Under the pieces are notes generated by a model, which saw only the letters and a program-made list of their open reading frames with translations, did no database searches and was not told the DNA's origin. Shown in pieces: positions 1 through 5,915 of a DNA stretch of 5,915 nucleotides. The first letter of the stretch is position 1, and every line of letters begins with the position of its first letter. Position numbers and translations under genes: made by a program. This DNA is from a virus (taxonomy: Duplodnaviria; Heunggongvirae; Uroviricota; Caudoviricetes): IMG/VR virus record IMGVR_UViG_2585427735_000012. One strand, given 5' to 3'.

Positions 1-5
1 ATCAG

Positions 6-33
6 TTGACCGATCCAGTGGCTGTGTAAGAAT
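6..33 (+). promoter_or_regulatory. Candidate sigma70 promoter for the transposase (-35 TTGACC 6-11; 16-bp spacer; TG 25-26 plus -10-like AAGAAT 28-33)
   Basis: Hexamer inspection only. The -35 matches consensus 5/6; the -10 is weak (4/6) but has an upstream TG. The predicted start near 40 would lie inside the 5' arm of the hairpin. Confidence 0.25.
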
Positions 34-65
34 CCGGAAACGCTCACTTGTTTCCGGATTTTTTT
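32..65 (+). promoter_or_regulatory. Terminator-like hairpin plus T-tract immediately upstream of the transposase ATG
   Basis: Perfect 10-bp stem ATCCGGAAAC (32-41) / GTTTCCGGAT (50-59) with 8-nt loop GCTCACTT, followed by TTTTTT (60-65) and ATG at 66. The structure is read from the sequence; the function is inferred. Confidence 0.5.
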
Positions 66-1394
66 ATGCACATTGGACAGGCTCTTGATCTGGTATCCCG
101 TTACGATTCTCTGCGTAACCCACTGACTTCTCTGGGGGATTACCTCGACCCCGAACTCATCTCTCGTTGCCTTGCCGAATCAGGTACTGTAACGCTACGC
201 AAGCGCCGTCTTCCCCTCGAAATGATGGTCTGGTGTATTGTTGGCATGGCGCTTGAGCGTAAAGAACCTCTTCACCAGATTGTGAATCGCCTGGACATCA
301 TGTTGCCGGGCAATCGCCCCTTCGTTGCCCCCAGTGCCGTTATTCAGGCCCGCCAGCGCCTGGGAAGTGAGGCTGTCCGCCGCGTGTTCACGAAAACAGC
401 GCAGCTCTGGCATAACGCCACGCCGCATCCGCACTGGTGCGGCCTGACCCTGCTGGCCATCGATGGTGTGTTCTGGCGCACACCGGATACACCAGAGAAC
501 GATGCAGCCTTCCCCCGCCAGACACATGCCGGGAACCCGGCGCTCTACCCGCAGGTCAAAATGGTCTGCCAGATGGAACTGACCAGCCATCTGCTGACGG
601 CTGCAGCCTTCGGCACGATGAAGAACAGCGAAAATGAGCTTGCTGAGCAACTTATAGAACAAACCGGCGATAACACTCTGACGTTAATGGATAAAGGTTA
701 TTACTCACTGGGACTGTTAAATGCCTGGAGCCTGGCGGGAGAACACCGCCACTGGATGATACCTCTCAGAAAGGGAGCGCAATATGAAGAGATCAGAAAA
801 CTGGGTAAAGGCGATCATCTGGTGAAGCTGAAAACCAGCCCGCAGGCACGAAAAAAGTGGCCGGGACTGGGAAATGAAGTGACTGCCCGCCTGCTGACCG
901 TGACGCGCAAAGGAAAAGTCTGCCATCTGCTGACGTCGATGACGGACGCCATGCGCTTCCCCGGAGGAGAAATGGGGGATCTGTACAGTCATCGCTGGGA
1001 AATCGAACTGGGATACAGGGAGATAAAACAGACGATGCAACGGAGCAGGCTGACGCTGAGAAGTAAAAAGCCGGAGCTTGTGGAGCAAGAGCTGTGGGGT
1101 GTCTTACTGGCTTATAATCTGGTGAGATATCAGATGATTAAAATGGCGGAACATCTGAAAGGTTACTGGCCGAATCAACTGAGTTTCTCAGAATCATGCG
1201 GAATGGTGATGAGAATGCTGATGACATTGCAGGGCGCTTCACCGGGACGTATACCGGAGCTGATGCGCGATCTTGCAAGTATGGGACAACTTGTGAAATT
1301 ACCGACAAGAAGGGAAAGGGCCTTCCCGAGAGTGGTAAAGGAGAGGCCCTGGAAATACCCCACAGCCCCGAAAAAGAGCCAGTCAGTTGCTTAA
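66..1394 (+). CDS. insG: IS4-family DDE transposase (InsG-like), 442 aa from ATG 66
   Basis: Open frame 48-1394; ATG at 66 is preferred over the ORF-track TTG at 48. Candidate DDE residues: D 462-464 (L-A-I-D-G), D 690-692 (T-L-M-D-K-G), E 1005-1007. The IS4-family signature Y-x2-R-x3-E-x6-K is read directly as Y 984-986, R 993-995, E 1005-1007, K 1026-1028 ([15 protein letters not shown]). Identity to E. coli IS4 InsG is from memory. Confidence 0.93.
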   Translation: MHIGQALDLVSRYDSLRNPLTSLGDYLDPELISRCLAESGTVTLRKRRLPLEMMVWCIVGMALERKEPLHQIVNRLDIMLPGNRPFVAPSAVIQARQRLGSEAVRRVFTKTAQLWHNATPHPHWCGLTLLAIDGVFWRTPDTPENDAAFPRQTHAGNPALYPQVKMVCQMELTSHLLTAAAFGTMKNSENELAEQLIEQTGDNTLTLMDKGYYSLGLLNAWSLAGEHRHWMIPLRKGAQYEEIRKLGKGDHLVKLKTSPQARKKWPGLGNEVTARLLTVTRKGKVCHLLTSMTDAMRFPGGEMGDLYSHRWEIELGYREIKQTMQRSRLTLRSKKPELVEQELWGVLLAYNLVRYQMIKMAEHLKGYWPNQLSFSESCGMVMRMLMTLQGASPGRIPELMRDLASMGQLVKLPTRRERAFPRVVKERPWKYPTAPKKSQSVA

Positions 1395-1407
1395 CTGACT
1401 GGCATTA
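1390..1407 (+). repeat. IS4 right terminal inverted repeat (IRR), copy A
   Basis: Last 18 bp of the element, CTTAACTGACTGGCATTA. The 11 bases AACTGACTGGC (1393-1403) form a perfect palindrome with GCCAGTCAGTT (1378-1388). Exact IR limits are from memory of IS4. Confidence 0.5.
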
Positions 1408-1442
1408 CACCCGAAGGTAGCCTGTTGTAATAAATGATTTAT

Positions 1443-2558
1443 TTAAATCCCTGCTTTTCTGAATACCTGTGCATCACGCTCACGGAGCTGCTTCAGCGTC
1501 AGCCATTCGCCTTTATCGGTGTAAAATTCATCTGGCGACATACCACCATCCCGAATCAGCTTTGCTCGGGTTTCCCCCACAATCTGTTTTTGTCTGGTGT
1601 AAGGCTGACGCAAAAACCATTCCCTGTAGGTTGTATCTCCGGCCACCACGCCATCCATGCTGGCCCGCTCAGCCGGGGAAATATCGCGAACATCAATACC
1701 CAGTTCCTTCGCTGATTTCAGAATGAACGTTTCCGTTGAGCGGCAGCAGAAATGAATTTTTCCCGGCCCCTGCAAATAAGGCACGCTGTGACCTACAGGT
1801 TTATTATTCAGCGTATATTTGAGGCGATCCCTGATTCGACATTGTGGCGTAGTACGATTATCAAGCGTTGATAACCATTGCTTACCCTTAATCAAATCAT
1901 TATTCGCGCTGGCAAAACTCTCACGGGCAGTAGCAGCAAGATGTCCAACCGCTGTTTTTGCAATGCTGGCCGCATTAGCCCGGCTCATCTGCAATGCACC
2001 ATCCTGAAATCCCTTACTGACATGTCCCCGAATTTTTCTTGCGATCTGCTCATTGGTATCCCCCAGCAAAAAACCCTGACGCACTGTATTTGTTATGCGT
2101 CTGAGCCGATCCGCCTCAAGATCTGAGGCCCACTCACTGAGCAGTCGTCCCTGGAATGGTCGCGCCATTGCAGCGGCATAAAGTGCATCAGGAGAGATAC
2201 CAACCAGAGGGTGAACATCAGCAACAAAATCAGGTAGCATAGAATCAAACAGACTTAACTGATAACCAGCCTCATAAATTGCCAGCTCGTTCAGCTCTCC
2301 GGAGAGACTGGTAAACATGCTGTTAATAGCAGTGCGGTTAACCTTTCTGACGCTCGCCAGAAGTGACTCCAGGCGCTTAACGGTAAAATTACCTGGATCG
2401 AGGCTGTCCAGTGCTATCAGCAGGCGAGCAGTAAGTTCCGCATCGCTGTCATTCAGTATTTTCACCATTCTGGCAGCCACGCCAGTGCTATAGCGGGATA
2501 TCCAGACTGCATGAGCAATTGATTCATCACGCAGCCGTTCATTCACGGTTTGCATCAT
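1443..2558 (-). CDS. Phage minor head / head morphogenesis protein, MuF-like (SPP1 gp7 family), 371 aa
   Basis: Complete ORF with ATG ATG start and SD-like GGAAAT upstream. Motifs typical of the MuF domain are read in the translation: W-L-S-T-L-D-N-R-T-T-P-Q-C-R (about 1830-1870) and G-P-G-K-I-H-F-C-C-R (about 1740-1770). It sits immediately downstream of the portal gene, as in SPP1- and Mu-type head modules. Confidence 0.82.
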   Translation of the reverse strand: MMQTVNERLRDESIAHAVWISRYSTGVAARMVKILNDSDAELTARLLIALDSLDPGNFTVKRLESLLASVRKVNRTAINSMFTSLSGELNELAIYEAGYQLSLFDSMLPDFVADVHPLVGISPDALYAAAMARPFQGRLLSEWASDLEADRLRRITNTVRQGFLLGDTNEQIARKIRGHVSKGFQDGALQMSRANAASIAKTAVGHLAATARESFASANNDLIKGKQWLSTLDNRTTPQCRIRDRLKYTLNNKPVGHSVPYLQGPGKIHFCCRSTETFILKSAKELGIDVRDISPAERASMDGVVAGDTTYREWFLRQPYTRQKQIVGETRAKLIRDGGMSPDEFYTDKGEWLTLKQLRERDAQVFRKAGI

Positions 2559-3945
2559 TGATTTCCATCAGCATTACACTCTGATTTTTTAATTCATCGA
2601 TCACTTCCTCTGGACGGGAATCCTGATCGATAAATTTCAACGCCTGCAACACCCGAACCGCATCAATCTGACGTATATCACCGCCCTGACGCAATGACTG
2701 AACAGCCAGCGCGGAGGATGAGTCAAACACCTGGGCAGATACATCCAGTTCAGTGCGCACATCCACATTGCCACCGCAACTCTCTCCGATCCATTCCGCC
2801 ATTATCTGGAGAATATTATCGAGGGCATCTTCGAGGGAGTTCGCCATTGTATAAAGCGGCGAGTTTTCCTGCATTCGCTCTTCATTAGTCTGATCAACAG
2901 ATTTGGTGGATGTATTTTCAGCACGCAGAAGTTTAGCGCCGGCATGACGCATCTGATTTTCCAGCTTCTCAAGTGATGTTTCGCCAGATTCTATCGCTGC
3001 GCCACTATGTTCAACATATTCGAGGCCATTTTTTGTTCTGTCCTCAAAAATCGTAGCGGTGGATGCACCAACCGTCAGTTCTTCATTCCTGTCCAGCCCG
3101 TAGGCCACCAGCAATGGAACGCGGGTAACATGAAGAATATTGTCCTGCTCGCTCTGGCTTTGCCAGTGCTTGATATTCAGCAAGCCAAGATTAAGCAATG
3201 GCGGTGTACCACGCATAAATCCTGTTTTCTTCGTGTACAGTGTTACCAGAGGAATATCATCACGGCTGGTATTCCATGACTCATGAAGCGTCCAGACAGA
3301 TTCGCCATTAGTGCCTTCGCTACGTCGATAAATTTCAACTCGACGGGGCATAATATGGCGGATCTGCTCCACCTTCTTCTGCCCGAAATCATCACCATCA
3401 ATAATGATGACCTCTTTTATACGCAAATCAGTGAGAACAACTTTCCCTTTTTCAACTTTCGATTTCCATCCAATAACCTGGCGTGGATTCAGCATCGTAA
3501 CGTACGGACGACCACCGGTCGCGTTTTCATCGGCTTTTGTACGAATCTCTTTCATATCCGTTCGTGGATAGTCCACCAGCGCATGTGCCACACCATACTG
3601 AAATGCGAGGCTGAAAAATTGCTGCGCCCACACATCCAGTCGGCTCCCCTCCATGTCGATATTTTCTGCATATTCCCTGATTTTTGCCGGCGTTTCCTCA
3701 CTCAATACTGTCGGCTCTGCAAATATGCGCCCAATATTTTGCTTGATGCTTTCTTCATACACAGGAAGTAGCGTAGCCACAGACAGGCGTTTTTTATAAG
3801 CGTCTTCATCTTCGTTAGGCCATTTTGGGAGATAATTTTCCCCCTGCCTGCGCATTTCAAGCGTACCGCCCATCAGTGCGTCGTTAATATCCCACGCCTC
3901 CAGCATATCGTTATAGTCGAGGTTGGGTGTTGATATATCAGCCAT
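2539..3945 (-). CDS. Phage portal protein, 468 aa
   Basis: Complete ORF between the terminase fragment and the MuF-like gene. Its stop overlaps the MuF start by 20 bp, and its ATG is 2 bp after the terminase stop (TAATTATG). Size and position match a portal; family assignment (DUF4055-like or DUF935-like) is not resolved without an HMM search. Confidence 0.72.
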   Translation of the reverse strand: MADISTPNLDYNDMLEAWDINDALMGGTLEMRRQGENYLPKWPNEDEDAYKKRLSVATLLPVYEESIKQNIGRIFAEPTVLSEETPAKIREYAENIDMEGSRLDVWAQQFFSLAFQYGVAHALVDYPRTDMKEIRTKADENATGGRPYVTMLNPRQVIGWKSKVEKGKVVLTDLRIKEVIIIDGDDFGQKKVEQIRHIMPRRVEIYRRSEGTNGESVWTLHESWNTSRDDIPLVTLYTKKTGFMRGTPPLLNLGLLNIKHWQSQSEQDNILHVTRVPLLVAYGLDRNEELTVGASTATIFEDRTKNGLEYVEHSGAAIESGETSLEKLENQMRHAGAKLLRAENTSTKSVDQTNEERMQENSPLYTMANSLEDALDNILQIMAEWIGESCGGNVDVRTELDVSAQVFDSSSALAVQSLRQGGDIRQIDAVRVLQALKFIDQDSRPEEVIDELKNQSVMLMEINDANRE

Positions 3946-3947
3946 AA

Positions 3948-4508
3948 TTAAATCCGAAGTGATGTGACTCTTCCGGTCGGTTTGACAATAGGGAATTGCT
4001 TAACGATGAAATAACCTCCGGCATCATTCGGGTGATCATTGCCAGATTTTTTATCAGGCTCCCCCTTCTCATCCCAGACCTGTTGCTCCAGAGATTCGGC
4101 ATATAACGGGCAACGCTTCACATTAACTTTATAGCGACGCTCACCATTGGCATTGCAGAACATTGCATTCATTGAGTTAACGCGATCTTTTACTGGCGGG
4201 TTCGAGCTGTTCACCACAACGTTAAAACCAGCCTGCTTAAGCTGGGCTATATCCGTCGTACTTGCGTTACTTGATTTTCTGGAATCCCCGGAAGCATCTG
4301 GATAAATATAAATTTCCCTCACTTTCCGGTAATCATTCCCATCATACAGCCAGAAGCGTTCTTTAATGATGCGGATCATATCCGGCGTATCGTAGGCATT
4401 GATGATTTCAGTTACCGCACATGGAAGCCCCAAACGCAGCACATGGACGATTCCCGCCATCTTTCCAACGTTAAAATCCATCCCAATATAAATCGGCTCC
4501 CCTGGCTG
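3948..4508 (-). pseudogene. Phage terminase large subunit, C-terminal nuclease-domain fragment, 5' end truncated by IS4 copy B
   Basis: The ORF-track Met at 4479-4481 is internal: the frame stays open upstream to the IS junction (..P-G-E-P-I-Y-I-G-M-D-F-N-V-G..). Motifs I-G-M-D-F-N-V-G, Y-P-D-A-S-G-D and D-H-P-N-D-A-G-G-Y resemble terminase nuclease-domain acidic motifs. No ATPase (Walker A/B) part is present in the window. Confidence 0.72.
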
Positions 4509-4526
4509 TAATGCCAGTCAGTTAAG
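4509..4526 (-). repeat. IS4 right terminal inverted repeat (IRR), copy B
   Basis: Mirror of 1390-1407: TAATGCCAGTCAGTTAAG on the + strand, directly abutting the truncated terminase reading frame. Confidence 0.5.
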
Positions 4527-5850
4527 CAACTGACTGGCTCTTTTTCGGGGCTGTGGGGTATTTCCAGGGCCTCTCCTTTACCACTCTCGGGAAGGCCCTT
4601 TCCCTTCTTGTCGGTAATTTCACAAGTTGTCCCATACTTGCAAGATCGCGCATCAGCTCCGGTATACGTCCCGGTGAAGCGCCCTGCAATGTCATCAGCA
4701 TTCTCATCACCATTCCGCATGATTCTGAGAAACTCAGTTGATTCGGCCAGTAACCTTTCAGATGTTCCGCCATTTTAATCATCTGATATCTCACCAGATT
4801 ATAAGCCAGTAAGACACCCCACAGCTCTTGCTCCACAAGCTCCGGCTTTTTACTTCTCAGCGTCAGCCTGCTCCGTTGCATCGTCTGTTTTATCTCCCTG
4901 TATCCCAGTTCGATTTCCCAGCGATGACTGTACAGATCCCCCATTTCTCCTCCGGGGAAGCGCATGGCGTCCGTCATCGACGTCAGCAGATGGCAGACTT
5001 TTCCTTTGCGCGTCACGGTCAGCAGGCGGGCAGTCACTTCATTTCCCAGTCCCGGCCACTTTTTTCGTGCCTGCGGGCTGGTTTTCAGCTTCACCAGATG
5101 ATCGCCTTTACCCAGTTTTCTGATCTCTTCATATTGCGCTCCCTTTCTGAGAGGTATCATCCAGTGGCGGTGTTCTCCCGCCAGGCTCCAGGCATTTAAC
5201 AGTCCCAGTGAGTAATAACCTTTATCCATTAACGTCAGAGTGTTATCGCCGGTTTGTTCTATAAGTTGCTCAGCAAGCTCATTTTCGCTGTTCTTCATCG
5301 TGCCGAAGGCTGCAGCCGTCAGCAGATGGCTGGTCAGTTCCATCTGGCAGACCATTTTGACCTGCGGGTAGAGCGCCGGGTTCCCGGCATGTGTCTGGCG
5401 GGGGAAGGCTGCATCGTTCTCTGGTGTATCCGGTGTGCGCCAGAACACACCATCGATGGCCAGCAGGGTCAGGCCGCACCAGTGCGGATGCGGCGTGGCG
5501 TTATGCCAGAGCTGCGCTGTTTTCGTGAACACGCGGCGGACAGCCTCACTTCCCAGGCGCTGGCGGGCCTGAATAACGGCACTGGGGGCAACGAAGGGGC
5601 GATTGCCCGGCAACATGATGTCCAGGCGATTCACAATCTGGTGAAGAGGTTCTTTACGCTCAAGCGCCATGCCAACAATACACCAGACCATCATTTCGAG
5701 GGGAAGACGGCGCTTGCGTAGCGTTACAGTACCTGATTCGGCAAGGCAACGAGAGATGAGTTCGGGGTCGAGGTAATCCCCCAGAGAAGTCAGTGGGTTA
5801 CGCAGAGAATCGTAACGGGATACCAGATCAAGAGCCTGTCCAATGTGCAT
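4522..5850 (-). CDS. insG: IS4-family DDE transposase (InsG-like), 442 aa from ATG (reverse complement of 5848-5850)
   Basis: Translation identical to the copy A transposase. ORF track gives 4522-5868 with a TTG start; ATG at 5850 is preferred. Confidence 0.93.
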   Translation of the reverse strand: MHIGQALDLVSRYDSLRNPLTSLGDYLDPELISRCLAESGTVTLRKRRLPLEMMVWCIVGMALERKEPLHQIVNRLDIMLPGNRPFVAPSAVIQARQRLGSEAVRRVFTKTAQLWHNATPHPHWCGLTLLAIDGVFWRTPDTPENDAAFPRQTHAGNPALYPQVKMVCQMELTSHLLTAAAFGTMKNSENELAEQLIEQTGDNTLTLMDKGYYSLGLLNAWSLAGEHRHWMIPLRKGAQYEEIRKLGKGDHLVKLKTSPQARKKWPGLGNEVTARLLTVTRKGKVCHLLTSMTDAMRFPGGEMGDLYSHRWEIELGYREIKQTMQRSRLTLRSKKPELVEQELWGVLLAYNLVRYQMIKMAEHLKGYWPNQLSFSESCGMVMRMLMTLQGASPGRIPELMRDLASMGQLVKLPTRRERAFPRVVKERPWKYPTAPKKSQSVA

Positions 5851-5884
5851 AAAAAAATCCGGAAACAAGTGAGCGTTTCCGGAT
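5851..5884 (-). promoter_or_regulatory. Terminator-like hairpin plus T-tract upstream of the copy B transposase start (mirror of 32-65)
   Basis: On the minus strand: ATCCGGAAAC / GTTTCCGGAT stem followed by TTTTTT, then ATG. Confidence 0.5.
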
Positions 5885-5910
5885 TCTTACACAGCCACTG
5901 GATCGGTCAA
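5883..5910 (-). promoter_or_regulatory. Candidate sigma70 promoter for the copy B transposase (mirror of 6-33)
   Basis: Same hexamers as copy A on the minus strand; inspection only. Confidence 0.25.
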
Positions 5911-5915
5911 CTGAT

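Larger units (their letters stand above)
1..1407 (+). mobile_element. IS4-type insertion sequence, copy A, outer (left) end cut by the window edge; right terminus ...AACTGACTGGCATTA at 1407
   Basis: Contains one long transposase ORF and ends 13 bp after its stop. The exact reverse complement is present at 4509-5915. From memory IS4 is about 1.43 kb with 18-bp terminal inverted repeats, so roughly 19 bp of the outer end would be missing; that length is recalled, not measured. Confidence 0.88.
4509..5915 (-). mobile_element. IS4-type insertion sequence, copy B, inverted relative to copy A, outer (right) end cut by the window edge
   Basis: Exact reverse complement of 1-1407 at all positions spot-checked (ends, ORF junctions, mid-element). 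All six-frame ORFs translate identically to those of copy A. Confidence 0.88.

Noticed and set aside
48-65. TTG start codon extending the transposase by six residues (MFPDFF), as in the ORF track
   Set aside because: The TTG lies inside the hairpin, and ATG at 66 follows the T-tract and gives the 442-aa length I recall for IS4 InsG. Treated as an ORF-finder artefact.
1408-1409. Shared CA dinucleotide immediately inside both IS4 inner junctions (1408-1409 and 4507-4508) as a possible target duplication
   Set aside because: Two bases match by chance about 1 time in 16. IS4 target duplications are 11-13 bp (recalled), and for inverted copies the partner repeat would be on the outer flanks, which are not in the window.
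1378-1410. Palindrome at the IS4 right end as an intrinsic terminator for the transposase transcript
   Set aside because: The stem is followed by ATTACACCCG, not a U-tract, so it lacks the defining feature of a rho-independent terminator.
195-1420. Several ORFs of 62-155 aa inside IS4 on the antisense strand or in other frames (195-662, 437-637, 717-1088, 1175-1363, 1196-1420), mirrored in copy B
   Set aside because: All lie wholly within or overlap the transposase gene in alternative frames and have no recognisable motifs. They are mirrored only because the IS is duplicated. Treated as spurious.
1443-1745. C-terminal roughly 100 residues of the MuF-like protein as a possible fused polymorphic-toxin domain
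   Set aside because: Total length of 371 aa is typical of stand-alone MuF and gp7-like proteins, there is no recognisable toxin motif, and the downstream position where an immunity gene would sit is occupied by IS4. No support from sequence alone.
1434-3771. Plus-strand ORFs of 62-162 aa (for example 1434-1715, 1878-2126, 3007-3279, 3283-3771) antisense to the phage genes
   Set aside because: They are embedded antisense in long, well-supported minus-strand genes, with low-complexity translations and no start or RBS context. Treated as frame artefacts.
1-5915. CRISPR arrays, tRNA or rRNA genes, short tandem repeats
   Set aside because: No regularly spaced short direct repeats, no tRNA-like cloverleaf candidates and no rRNA-like segments were seen; the region between the IS copies is coding on the minus strand except for 33 bp at 1410-1442.

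Overview
The window is two sequence-identical copies of an IS4-type insertion sequence in inverted orientation (1-1407 on +, 4509-5915 on -), enclosing a 3.1 kb fragment of a tailed-phage head/packaging module. Each IS copy encodes a 442-aa transposase with DDE residues and the Y-x2-R-x3-E-x6-K signature; I recognise it from memory as E. coli IS4 InsG, not verified by search. The enclosed genes are all on the minus strand and tightly coupled: a terminase large-subunit C-terminal fragment whose 5' part is cut off by IS copy B, a portal protein, and a MuF-like minor head protein. Bases 1-1409 are the reverse complement of 4507-5915, and the window starts and ends at the same internal IS position, so the outer IS termini and all host flanks are absent. 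The most likely reading is an IS-degraded cryptic prophage in an Escherichia/Shigella-type genome, with a composite-transposon-like or invertible architecture. I see no rRNA, tRNA or CRISPR, and no evidence of a novel defence or toxin system. All functional calls rest on motif recognition and recall; no database search was run.
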